Below, piece by piece: positions 1-9,767 of a stretch of DNA of 64,000 bases (position 1 is the first letter of the stretch; each line of letters begins with the position of its first letter). This DNA is from an uncultured Bacteroidales bacterium (GTDB lineage Bacteria > Bacteroidota > Bacteroidia > Bacteroidales > TTA-H9). The notes under the pieces are model-generated. The model ran no database searches and was not told the DNA's origin. It saw nothing but the letters and a program-made list of their open reading frames with translations. The stretch is from the NCBI GenBank assembly GCA_964552325.1, contig CAZKHA010000002.1, positions 16,758-80,757 of the forward strand, written 5' to 3'. Both the position numbers and the translations under genes were made by a program.

Positions 1-115
1 TTAAAGGCTGGCTCTTTGGCTCAACTTAGGATAAAAGCAATTCAAACCAACTGTTAATTAAGCGTATAAGAAAAAAAAGCCCTACTTTATAAAATTTCTT
101 CATTATCTTTACAGC

Positions 116-1183
116 GTGAAAATTCTGGCCCTTCTTTTATTTCCCCTCGCCCTGCTGTACGGTTTTATTTCCTTTATTCGCAACTTACTGTTCGATCTGG
201 GATTTCCAAAACCTAGGAGGTATCCTTTTCCTGTAATTTCGGTGGGGAACCTTTCGATGGGGGGAACTGGTAAAACACCTCACATTGAATATCTTGTGCG
301 TTTGCTCGAAAAAAGCCAACAAATTGCAGTGCTATCTCGAGGCTATGGAAGAAAAACAAGGGGTTTCCTATTTGCTGATGAAACGTCTAACGCCCAATCA
401 ATTGGAGATGAACCATATCAATATTACAGGAAGTTTAAGAATATAGTGGTGGCAGTTTGTTCTATCCGCACCTATGGGATAAGCAAAATAAGAGAGGAGC
501 ACCCTAAAACCAGCGTAATTTTGTTAGATGATGCTTATCAGCACCGTTGGGTGAAACCTGGGCTGAACATTTTGCTTACCGATTTCAGGCATTTGTATGC
601 ACATGATTATGTTTTCCCCACAGGTACGCTTCGTGAATTTAGGAGCGGTGCAAAACGTGCTGATATTATTATCGTTACAAAAAACGACAAAGTATTGCCC
701 ATAATGCTGCGCAAGCATTTAATAACTCAGCTAAAACCTACCTCAAATCAACTTGTACTTTTCTCCTATATTACCTATGGTGAATGGGTTCCACTAACCA
801 ACATCGAAACCATAAAAACTGCTATTGCGCCGTACAAGAATTTGTTACTGCTAACTGGTATTGTTAATCCTTATCCTATAGAAGATTATCTTAAGACTTG
901 CAATTACAATGTTACAAAGTGTCAATTTGCTGATCATCATGTATATAGCGAAAAGGATGTGATTAAGATTAGCAATGTATTTGATGGCATACTATCCCAA
1001 TCGAAGGCGATAGTTACAACCGAAAAAGATGCCGCACGTCTTATTGGCACCAATGCGCTTGATCAATTAGCTCATTTACCCATCTATTATATTCCCATTC
1101 AAATTGAGTTCCATCACAATGATGCAGAAACATTAAGTGAGCAAGTAAATGGGCTGATAAACAAGAAAACTATCTCGTCATAA
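116..1183 (+). CDS. lpxK: Tetraacyldisaccharide 4'-kinase (lipid A biosynthesis)
   Basis: VISVGNLSMGGTGKTP, LSRGYG, GDEP, LLDDAYQH, P.G.LRE, TTEKD motifs; N-terminal hydrophobic helix; GTG start. Confidence 0.95.
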   Translation: MKILALLLFPLALLYGFISFIRNLLFDLGFPKPRRYPFPVISVGNLSMGGTGKTPHIEYLVRLLEKSQQIAVLSRGYGRKTRGFLFADETSNAQSIGDEPYQYYRKFKNIVVAVCSIRTYGISKIREEHPKTSVILLDDAYQHRWVKPGLNILLTDFRHLYAHDYVFPTGTLREFRSGAKRADIIIVTKNDKVLPIMLRKHLITQLKPTSNQLVLFSYITYGEWVPLTNIETIKTAIAPYKNLLLLTGIVNPYPIEDYLKTCNYNVTKCQFADHHVYSEKDVIKISNVFDGILSQSKAIVTTEKDAARLIGTNALDQLAHLPIYYIPIQIEFHHNDAETLSEQVNGLINKKTISS

Positions 1184-2420
1184 GCCAGCCAGATGGATTT
1201 TGCATGTCCTTGCCTCTCCATAATTCAAAATGGAGCTCCCCGTTTGCACTATCGCTGTCCTCGCTCACGTATCCAATTACTTGCCCTGTTTTTACTTTTT
1301 CGTCTTTTTTTACTTGTAGCTTACCAATATTTGAATACACCGTTCTAAATTCACCATGCCTAATAATAACAGTGTTTTGAAAACCTTCTATGAACATGAT
1401 AGCTGTAACAACCCCGTCGAACACACACTTGATTGGCTGATTTCGATTGGTTGAAATATTAATTCCATTGTTGCGGACCGTAACATTCTTTAATACCGGA
1501 TGCGGGTGATCGCCATAGTTTTCTGATACAATACCTTGGGCTAGGGGCCAAGGCAACTTACCTTTATTCTCATTAAAACTATTTGACAGCTTTGACTCTT
1601 CGGCAGTCATTGGTAAGGCGGCATATTTTGAGCCGGAATTCGTCTTTTTTGTGTTTGAAGCATTCGCAATATCCTTGCGGGTTTCTTCTTCAATAGCTTT
1701 TTGAATGGCTTTGGTGAGTTTAACGGCTGCTATCTTTTTGTCTTCAAGGGTTTTCCTTAATTCTCTTTCCTTCTTCGATAAATTTTGTAAACTCTTGTCA
1801 CTTTTTTGTTTTTCCTGAAGTAACTTAAGCTTAACCGTCTCTTCTTTAGCCTTTACCAAACGTTTGTATTCCTTTTCTGAAACGAAAAGCTTTTTGTTAT
1901 CAATTAGTTCTCCCTGAAGAGCTAAAATTCTATTAATCTGTAGTTTACGATAGTTTTGAAATTGCCTAAAGTACTTTATACGGCTATATGCTTGGTGGAA
2001 GGATTCAGAAGCAAAAACAAACATTAACATATTGTTTGAGCGACGCTGTTTTTCGTACGCCAGTACCATTTGATGGTATTCCTTCTTAAGCTCTTTGATC
2101 ATCTTTTCATTTGACCTAATTTTGGTTCCAATAACACTCAAATTATCATCGATAGAGGCGATTTGCTTATTCATTGTGTTAATTAACACCTCTCTTCCCT
2201 TGATATTTTTCTTAATTAGTTTAAGTTGTGATAGTGTGGCACTCTTGTTTTTTGAAGTTTCTTCAATAAGCTTGCTCGTATAAGATATCTCCTTTTCAAG
2301 CTTCGATTTTTCCTTTTCAAGCTTTACGCGATCTTGCTGTGCAAACAAATGCGATGCAATACCTATAAAAATAAGGTTAACAAGGAGCGTAAAAATGATA
2401 TGCCTCACAGGTTTACTCAT
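1170..2420 (-). CDS. envC: Murein hydrolase activator EnvC-like protein (coiled coil plus degenerate M23 domain)
   Basis: Signal peptide, long coiled coil, C-terminal KGKLPWP...NNGINI...IRHG...LHFELW M23-like domain lacking HxxxD. Confidence 0.8.
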   Translation of the reverse strand: MSKPVRHIIFTLLVNLIFIGIASHLFAQQDRVKLEKEKSKLEKEISYTSKLIEETSKNKSATLSQLKLIKKNIKGREVLINTMNKQIASIDDNLSVIGTKIRSNEKMIKELKKEYHQMVLAYEKQRRSNNMLMFVFASESFHQAYSRIKYFRQFQNYRKLQINRILALQGELIDNKKLFVSEKEYKRLVKAKEETVKLKLLQEKQKSDKSLQNLSKKERELRKTLEDKKIAAVKLTKAIQKAIEEETRKDIANASNTKKTNSGSKYAALPMTAEESKLSNSFNENKGKLPWPLAQGIVSENYGDHPHPVLKNVTVRNNGINISTNRNQPIKCVFDGVVTAIMFIEGFQNTVIIRHGEFRTVYSNIGKLQVKKDEKVKTGQVIGYVSEDSDSANGELHFELWRGKDMQNPSGWLMTR

Positions 2421-3246
2421 TTGATACCAAGTGTAAGGGTTTGTAGGTAGAAGGTATTTTAAACTGTAAGTTTATTGGTTCATCCAATACAACTTTAATA
2501 ATTTCCATGTTTACCGAAATGTCCTGTTCCGCCTTTATTAACACTTCGTAAGTAAAGGGCAGCAAATAATTGTTAATAGGCTTGTAATGCTTATAGTTAA
2601 CTTCCACAGCGGTGTTTTTTCGCATGGTTTCACGTATGCGAAATTTGGTAATCTTATAATTATCGTTGTTAAGCCACATATCTTGCAACAAGATGCGGGT
2701 AGAATCGCTTTGGTTTTTAATGAACTTACGGTAAAGGCGCCTATTATAATTGTAAAGGTAATACTCTTCGTTATCTACTTTTGCCATAAACTGCTCATTA
2801 TCATACGTTTTTAGGTCATTTGCAATGATAAGGCTTTGGATAATATCAAAGTCGAAATTTATGCCAAATATCTTAGCAATGTAATCGTAATTACCCACAA
2901 AGTACTGTGAATTAATTCGATCGATGTACTTAACCGAATCTGGTGTAAGCATTAAGCGCGAAACTTCAATACCGAGCAGGGGCACTATGGAAATCCATAT
3001 AGCACTATCCTTCACAATTTTGTAATTAATCTTAAAATTCACGGCATGGTTTTTATCTTTGAATTCAACATCGGCCTTGCCGCTGAGCTTGGCAAACTTT
3101 GTTTCGTTTTGACGAAGTTTTTCTAACAGGAAGCCTACCCCTTCTTCTTTAAGGGGTGCACGCAAGGCTTGTTTTGTGGGACTGCACGAAAATTGAATGA
3201 TTGCCAATAGCAACAACAATACATATCCTGCATTTCCTTTATTCAT
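2413..3246 (-). CDS. DUF4292-like lipoprotein
   Basis: Lipoprotein signal (IQFSC); DSAIWISIVPLLGIEVSRLMLTPDSV pattern; dut-TPR-DUF4292-EnvC synteny typical of Bacteroidota. Confidence 0.75.
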   Translation of the reverse strand: MNKGNAGYVLLLLLAIIQFSCSPTKQALRAPLKEEGVGFLLEKLRQNETKFAKLSGKADVEFKDKNHAVNFKINYKIVKDSAIWISIVPLLGIEVSRLMLTPDSVKYIDRINSQYFVGNYDYIAKIFGINFDFDIIQSLIIANDLKTYDNEQFMAKVDNEEYYLYNYNRRLYRKFIKNQSDSTRILLQDMWLNNDNYKITKFRIRETMRKNTAVEVNYKHYKPINNYLLPFTYEVLIKAEQDISVNMEIIKVVLDEPINLQFKIPSTYKPLHLVSNE

Positions 3247-4966
3247 ACAAATCGCTGTTTTTTAACTTTTTATCAAGTAATTCAGAATATCCTCCAAGTT
3301 TTTTGGCTTGTTCCCAATTTTCGATAGCCTTCGTTTTATCACCAAGTTTAAACAAAATATCGCCTAAGTGCTCATAAACCGTTCCGTCGGGTGTTTTACT
3401 CTCGAATATTGCGCGTTCTATCATTTCCTTGGCCTCTTTTAGTCTTCCAAGTTTATATAGCACCCATCCATAAGTATCGAGGTAAGTTGCATTATAGGGC
3501 TCAGTTTTTACGGTAATTGCTGACATTTTTAGCGCTTTCTCAAGATTGTGCCCACGTAAGGATAAGTAATAGCTGTAATTATTTAGTACGTAATTACTTA
3601 AACTATCCAATGCCAAGGCTTTTTCATAATAAAGATCTGATTTTACGAAGTTTTTAACCGAATTATAGGCATCACCCAAAGATGCATAAAATTGAACTGC
3701 AATACCCATGCTTTCATCAGTTAAAAGATTAACACCGCTTTCTAAAATTTCGATTGCTGATTTGTAATCCTTCTTTTGGAGCTTATCTATTCCTTGAAAA
3801 AATATTGGTAATGGCTGATATGGAAATAACATAGAAGAAGTATTGGCGGCCTCTAAAAGACCAATACTATCTTGTAATTGAGAACGGCAAAACAGTAAGC
3901 GTTCCCATGTATAATACATACTGCTATCTTCTTTAATTATCGCTAAATAAGCTGCTTCTGCTCGTTTAAAATCACCATAAAAATAACTAATATCTGCATT
4001 AAGCAGCACGACCTTCCGATGAGAAGGGTACATACTGGTTAAACTATTGCTTAAACGTGTTATTACATCTTTGTTCTGGTTATTTATTTCATTTACAGGA
4101 TAAAAGGCCAATAGATAATCAACCTTCGTATCCGGAGAAACAAACTTGTTTTGAATTCCTCTTTCAAACGATTCCACAAACAAGTCGTTTTTTTTAAGCT
4201 TCCTATAATACTCAGCGAGCGTAAAGCAAACATACTCATCATTTGGAAGCACTTTTTCTAATGAATTGAGCACCGCGATAGCCTCATCCGTTTTTTGATC
4301 CTTATAAAGCAACTCGGCTAAAAGATAATAGTTTTGGGCTTTTTCGGGCGAACGTTCAATAATTTTAGCGAGCTCTTTGGCTGCCTTATCCTTATTTCCA
4401 GATTGATCATAAATCACGTATTTCTTTTGGGCTAAATCATCAGAATACCCAAATTTTTCAATCATCTTGTCTAAAACGGCTACCGCTTCATTGGGTTTTT
4501 GCAGCATTAGATTAGCATTTACGAGCTTTTCGTAAAATTCTATTTTTTCGGGGCTTTCTTTCACCAATGTTGTTAAAATCTCTGCCCATTTCTTGTTATC
4601 GCCCGATGACTCGTAAAAATCGGAAAGCAACTTTTTATACCAAATATTCGTTGGATCGGCTTTTACTGCTGTTTCAATAAGCTCTGTTCCACGTGTAAAG
4701 TCTTTTTTGCGCAAATAAATCTGTGCTAATTCATACTTACTTGGTACATTATTGGGGTATTTTGAAAGCAAACTCTCAAATAATTGAATTGCTTTATCAT
4801 CTTCTTTTAACAAAGAGGCTTTTACGGCATCAAGATATAATCCCTGCTCTGATAGCTTTTGGGCAGCTACCGTTGAAACAATTAACGAATCGTCGTTTAT
4901 AGGTACTTCTTGGGCTACTAAGCTATAATTCAACAATATAAATAAAAAAAATCCTAACTTTTTCAT
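3239..4966 (-). CDS. Exported tetratricopeptide-repeat protein
   Basis: Signal peptide from ATG at 4966 (MKKLGFFL); many TPRs; C-terminal LNNYSYYL...YLDTYGWVLYK. Confidence 0.85.
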   Translation of the reverse strand: MKKLGFFLFILLNYSLVAQEVPINDDSLIVSTVAAQKLSEQGLYLDAVKASLLKEDDKAIQLFESLLSKYPNNVPSKYELAQIYLRKKDFTRGTELIETAVKADPTNIWYKKLLSDFYESSGDNKKWAEILTTLVKESPEKIEFYEKLVNANLMLQKPNEAVAVLDKMIEKFGYSDDLAQKKYVIYDQSGNKDKAAKELAKIIERSPEKAQNYYLLAELLYKDQKTDEAIAVLNSLEKVLPNDEYVCFTLAEYYRKLKKNDLFVESFERGIQNKFVSPDTKVDYLLAFYPVNEINNQNKDVITRLSNSLTSMYPSHRKVVLLNADISYFYGDFKRAEAAYLAIIKEDSSMYYTWERLLFCRSQLQDSIGLLEAANTSSMLFPYQPLPIFFQGIDKLQKKDYKSAIEILESGVNLLTDESMGIAVQFYASLGDAYNSVKNFVKSDLYYEKALALDSLSNYVLNNYSYYLSLRGHNLEKALKMSAITVKTEPYNATYLDTYGWVLYKLGRLKEAKEMIERAIFESKTPDGTVYEHLGDILFKLGDKTKAIENWEQAKKLGGYSELLDKKLKNSDLYE

Positions 4967-4973
4967 CGTATTC

Positions 4974-5408
4974 TTATATAATTCCGGTGTGTCCAAAACC
5001 ACCTTCGTTTCGATCGGTACTAGTTAAATTATCAACGCTATTCCATACAATTTGTTGGTGTGGAGCTACAACAAGTTGAGCAATTCGTTCGCCATCATTA
5101 ATTACAAACGCTTCGGTAGAAAGATTTATTAGAATAATCATCACCTCGCCTCTATAATCTGAATCAATAGTTCCTGGTGCATTCAAAACTGTAATTCCAT
5201 GTTTAATTGCCAGCCCACTGCGTGGTCGAATCTGTCCTTCAAAACCTTCAGGAATCTGGATAAACAGGCCCGTGGGAATCAAAACACGTTCCAATGGAGC
5301 TAAAGTCCTATTTTCGCTCAAATTTGCCCTTAAATCAAGACCTGCGGCAGAAGTACTTGCGTATTCGGGTAATGGATGCTTCGATCTGTTAATTACGTTA
5401 ACTTGCAT
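4974..5408 (-). CDS. dut: dUTP diphosphatase
   Basis: [35 protein letters not shown] motifs. Confidence 0.97.
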   Translation of the reverse strand: MQVNVINRSKHPLPEYASTSAAGLDLRANLSENRTLAPLERVLIPTGLFIQIPEGFEGQIRPRSGLAIKHGITVLNAPGTIDSDYRGEVMIILINLSTEAFVINDGERIAQLVVAPHQQIVWNSVDNLTSTDRNEGGFGHTGII

Positions 5409-5430
5409 ACTTAAAATTGCTAAACGGCCT

Positions 5431-5438
5431 CAAAAGTA
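5431..5438 (-). promoter_or_regulatory. Bacteroidota -7 promoter element (TACTTTTG) upstream of dut operon
   Basis: Matches TAnnTTTG on minus strand about 23 nt upstream of dut ATG. Confidence 0.6.
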
Positions 5439-6078
5439 CAAAAAAATAGGCCATAAACCCACAAATGGTCTAAGTTCTTAAAGTAAACCTCACATTATTA
5501 GGAACTTAATCTTATCTATAAAAGTTTACGCCAACCATTCATGCTAAGTAATCGCTTCTGCTACTTGTTGCAACAAAAAGAATTGCAGTAGGCTCCAAAT
5601 GTTAGCTGGCGAACCTAAGTCAAAAAAGTAACTACAATATAATTAAGCATTTAGTTGCCGCTAAAAGTGCTTTTTTTATCAAGTGCTTCGCTGAGCATGC
5701 ACAGAGCCTGTTGAAATGTGCCGGAGCCTGCCGAAGCTGCACAAAATCACCAAGAAAAACTAAGTACAAATAATGGCAATGAAACTTGTTGATAATAGTT
5801 GATCATAAAAATTCTTGACTCATTCTTAGAGTTATGGCTTTACGGAAGAGTCGCACTATTAGATTAATGGTGTTGATTACATTAACTACTGAATTAAATA
5901 AGCAATTTTGAAAAATCGAAAACTAAACGGCTAACCCAAAGATAGCGCAAATGAGACCTTGCATCTGAAAATTGAGTTTAACACTTGTTAATCATAAAAT
6001 TACGCTTAAACAGAGTGCTTATGAATATGCCGAACAATCGTAAATCACCAAATTGGTATCACTAATTTAAACGCGCTA

Positions 6079-9000
6079 TTATGATTGGTTCAAGTTAGCA
6101 TCTGCAACTGATTGATCAATAGGTAAGATTATATAAAATGACGTTCCTTCGCCAAGTTTAGAATCAAACCATAGCTTCCCTCTGTGGTTATCTATTATTA
6201 CTTTAGACATAAAGAGCCCCAAACCCATGCCGCTGGATTTGGTTGTAAAATTTGGCTTGAATATTTGATCCACATTTTCGTTTGCGATACCCACACCATT
6301 ATCAAAAATCGAAAAATGAACCTCGTTATTAATCTGATTTACAGTAAATTGAATTTTAGCTAATTCATTGCCTCTAACTGCTTGTTCTGCATTTTTAAGC
6401 AAATTAACCAACACTCGAATAATCTGCATTTTATCACATTGAATAACCAAATCCCTTGTTCCATTAACAACATCAAATGAACCTTTAAACTCATTTAAAA
6501 CCATAACAGCTGGGGCTAATAAATCATCAATTTTTACTTGCGTATAAACAGCTTCTGGCAGCCGGGTGAACTCGGAAAAGGAATTCGCCATTTGGGTCAT
6601 CGATTCAATCTGTACTAATAAGGTATCCGAAAAAGACCGGAACCTCTCATTCCAGTCGGGGTCGTTGGCCTGTTTGGCTCGTATAAGAAACTGCAATCCC
6701 AACTTTATTGGAGTTAATGGATTTTTAATTTCGTGTGCTACTTGCTTTGCAACTTCCTTCCATGCAGATTCGCGCTCACGTTCTTTTAATTGATGTACAG
6801 TTTCATCTAACTGAACAACCATTTCGTTATACAATTCAATAAGTTGTCCGAGCTCATCCTTTCGAAAAATGGGTATCGTAATGTTCTTGCGTCCAATAGT
6901 AAGCTGCGAAAAATAACGGCTCAATGTATGCAGAGGCTTTACAAAATAATTGGTTATTATAATGGCAAGGAACACAGCTAGTATAGACAAAAACAAAAAT
7001 ACATTAACAAAGGTTGCCAAATACTTCGACACATCACGTTGAAATTCAGCGTGTCGTGCAAAAAATGGGACATTAATAACGCCTGTTACCAGGTTTTCGT
7101 TATCAACAATCGGAATAAACGCAGAATAATAAGAAAGTTTTCCGATCGTTTCACGTGTAACATAAATTGCTTCCCTATTACTAATAATAGTTTGAAAAGC
7201 ATTAGGGTTTAATCTAGACGAGATTAAACCCATCTGGAACAATTCGGGACGTGAAGTTGCATAGAGCAAGCCGTCCGGTTTATATATATGTATATCGGTA
7301 AAGAAGATTGAAGCAAATTTTGCTAGGTACGTTTCGAAACGAGAGCGGTTGGCTGAATTTATGGCACCAGTACTGGAAATTTTAGATAATACTTCAATTT
7401 GGATCGAATGAACCTTATCTTTGATAAAGTCAAGATTCTTACGTTCATAAAAGTCGCGATAAAAAGAAATGGAAAAGAAACCAATAGCCGCAAAACTTAC
7501 AAAAATAAAAAATATTATAAAAATTTGAATACGAGTACTCAAATAAAACGTTGGCATGGCAAAAGAACCTAAAGTTATAATACGATAAACTAATGATACA
7601 AATAAAAATACTAGTACCAAGAACAACCATACAAAAGTAAAAATGGAAAATATTTCGGTATAATAATTTATTTGTTTACTTAGAATAAGTCTTTCGTTGC
7701 TTCCTGTTTTAATAACTAAATGATCGTATCCATTATGATTACAGAAAAACTCTGTTTCATGTGAAACGAAGATAGGGTTTAGTATCTGCGGGAAATCGAA
7801 TTCGCCTGTTTTCGCTAGCAGATTTGTACTTGAATATCTAGCTAACGAATAATTTCCGAGATTCAGTTCTCCAATAACTCTTTGATCTATGAACAGTTCA
7901 GGTAAAGAAAAATCGTTGGATAACAAACGCGTTGCAAACTCAATAAAGATTCCAAACTCGCGTGGAGTTGCTTCATTAATTACAATTTTTCCAAAGTATC
8001 CGTTTAAGCATTGGTTTGTGTTTATCGATTTAAAATCTGCAATATCGTCATTATCGTGCTGTATTCCAGTTATTTGACTAAAATAATCATAGCAATTAGC
8101 TTCTACTCCTTCTGGTTTAATAAATAGTTGATCATTGGGCTTGCAAATTGTAATATTTGAAGTGAATTGTGACCAAAATCCTTGAAAATAGTTATGCTCA
8201 ATATAGTTAACAAGTTCATTTTCAGTTGAGTCAGTAAGGTTCTTCGCTAAATTTATAAACTTCTCATCATGTTGCAAGGCATCCCGCTGCATCAAAAAGT
8301 TGGCCAATGCTAAAGGATCATTATTCCTACTTTCAATCGCATAAAGAAGCAATTTACGCTTGGTATGTTCCTTTTCGTGAACAAGTTTAAACAAAAACAC
8401 AGAAAACAAGAGGCTTAAAACGGTTAAAACAACAGCAATTAATACAGTTGAACTTGTAAACACTTGTATGCGTTTAACTGCATAGTAGCCAATATGAATT
8501 AACAGTGGCACAAGCGTAAATGCACTAAATTCGTTAGTAATCAGATAATTAATAAGAAAAGTAGAAGGAACAATTATGCTATAATCCATTATATAAAGCT
8601 TAACTCGAGTTAAGTCAAACAATTGAAAAGCCCTATTCATTATAGTTAGTAAACTACTAAGTAACACAATAATGCACAAGAGTCCAACAATAACCTCGGT
8701 GGAAATTTCAAATGGATTAGTAAAAACGAATTCGAAAGAGGAGTTAGAAACAAGATCTCGGGCAAAAAAGAGCACTAGTAACCAACTTAATGACAAATAA
8801 TAGGTAATAAACCTATCAAAATTAGTAAATTTTACTCCAAAAATCCGCTCTTTAGAATTGCTTCTATATAAAATATAATACGAAATTAATAAAAGAGTAG
8901 TAGCGTTTAGAAACGCGTCGCCGAGTGAGGCTGAAAACCAACTTGATGCATAGTAATATGGAGAAAACACAGGAAAGTTAAAGAAGTATGCAGGAAATTC

Positions 9001-9762
9001 AGTCAAAAAAACTAGCCGAAAAAGGACGATTACAATTACAATGCACCATTCATAAATAGCACAAGCAAAATAGTTCGAATAATGTAAACTTAATAGGAAG
9101 GCAATAAATATAAAGATTATGCCAATTACAAATAGAAAAAAGCCTAAAAATGCTTTTAAATCTAAATAATTCTTGCCACTAGAAAATTTAACACCAAACA
9201 AAAAATCGCCATCTGACGATTTAATATTTAACTGACTCGGTTGTTCGGTAAGTATGTAAATATTATAGGGTGCATAAGCTTTTGAACAGCTTTCGGTTAA
9301 AAAATTATTTCTAATCGCATAAGATGACCAAATTTTTTGGTAAGTTACAATATGGTATTCGCTGTACTTGTTTGAATGAACCAAATACACACCATCGTTG
9401 GCAAACACACATTGAACTGTTTTATTTATAGTTAGCTGTTGAATTTGAGCCCTGTTTTCTGTCCAGGCAATTAATGAATCGGAAAAATAAACTTGAACCT
9501 GTATTTCGTTATTGTTTTCTTTTACGAAATCGGGTAAAACACTTAACTCAAAACCAGGGGTTGAAATGGTTGAAACCAATCTGTTCGAAATAAAATCAAG
9601 ATCCTGTAAGTCTTTTACAATTTTCTGTTGCAAACTTACAAAATTTGATCTGTAAGTTTTAAAATAGCCGCTTAAGCCGAATGAAACCAAAATAAGGATT
9701 ATACCTATAGCAAGCAGTAGGAATGTCCGTCGTCGCTTAAAAAGGTATAAAAAAATACGCAT
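6079..9762 (-). CDS. Large multi-TM sensor histidine kinase (HAMP-HisKA-HATPase, NtrY-like C-terminus)
   Basis: Many TM segments; HAMP (RKDELGQL); WKEVAKQVAHEIKNPLTP H-box; NLLKNA, DNGVGI, FKPNFTTK, GMGLGL boxes. Confidence 0.9.
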   Translation of the reverse strand: MRIFLYLFKRRRTFLLLAIGIILILVSFGLSGYFKTYRSNFVSLQQKIVKDLQDLDFISNRLVSTISTPGFELSVLPDFVKENNNEIQVQVYFSDSLIAWTENRAQIQQLTINKTVQCVFANDGVYLVHSNKYSEYHIVTYQKIWSSYAIRNNFLTESCSKAYAPYNIYILTEQPSQLNIKSSDGDFLFGVKFSSGKNYLDLKAFLGFFLFVIGIIFIFIAFLLSLHYSNYFACAIYEWCIVIVIVLFRLVFLTEFPAYFFNFPVFSPYYYASSWFSASLGDAFLNATTLLLISYYILYRSNSKERIFGVKFTNFDRFITYYLSLSWLLVLFFARDLVSNSSFEFVFTNPFEISTEVIVGLLCIIVLLSSLLTIMNRAFQLFDLTRVKLYIMDYSIIVPSTFLINYLITNEFSAFTLVPLLIHIGYYAVKRIQVFTSSTVLIAVVLTVLSLLFSVFLFKLVHEKEHTKRKLLLYAIESRNNDPLALANFLMQRDALQHDEKFINLAKNLTDSTENELVNYIEHNYFQGFWSQFTSNITICKPNDQLFIKPEGVEANCYDYFSQITGIQHDNDDIADFKSINTNQCLNGYFGKIVINEATPREFGIFIEFATRLLSNDFSLPELFIDQRVIGELNLGNYSLARYSSTNLLAKTGEFDFPQILNPIFVSHETEFFCNHNGYDHLVIKTGSNERLILSKQINYYTEIFSIFTFVWLFLVLVFLFVSLVYRIITLGSFAMPTFYLSTRIQIFIIFFIFVSFAAIGFFSISFYRDFYERKNLDFIKDKVHSIQIEVLSKISSTGAINSANRSRFETYLAKFASIFFTDIHIYKPDGLLYATSRPELFQMGLISSRLNPNAFQTIISNREAIYVTRETIGKLSYYSAFIPIVDNENLVTGVINVPFFARHAEFQRDVSKYLATFVNVFLFLSILAVFLAIIITNYFVKPLHTLSRYFSQLTIGRKNITIPIFRKDELGQLIELYNEMVVQLDETVHQLKERERESAWKEVAKQVAHEIKNPLTPIKLGLQFLIRAKQANDPDWNERFRSFSDTLLVQIESMTQMANSFSEFTRLPEAVYTQVKIDDLLAPAVMVLNEFKGSFDVVNGTRDLVIQCDKMQIIRVLVNLLKNAEQAVRGNELAKIQFTVNQINNEVHFSIFDNGVGIANENVDQIFKPNFTTKSSGMGLGLFMSKVIIDNHRGKLWFDSKLGEGTSFYIILPIDQSVADANLNQS
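7147..7162. promoter_or_regulatory. parS-like site (CGTTTCACGTGTAACA)
   Basis: 2 differences from TGTTTCACGTGAAACA; inside kinase CDS (encodes VTRET). Confidence 0.7.
7753..7768. promoter_or_regulatory. parS-like site (TGTTTCATGTGAAACG)
   Basis: 2 differences from the parS consensus; inside kinase CDS (encodes VSHET). Confidence 0.75.
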
Positions 9763-9767
9763 AGCAA

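Noticed and set aside
5409-6078. oriC in the long intergenic gap near the parS sites
   Set aside because: Only two or three box-like 9-mers and no trio element, far fewer than at 55.9-56.4 kb
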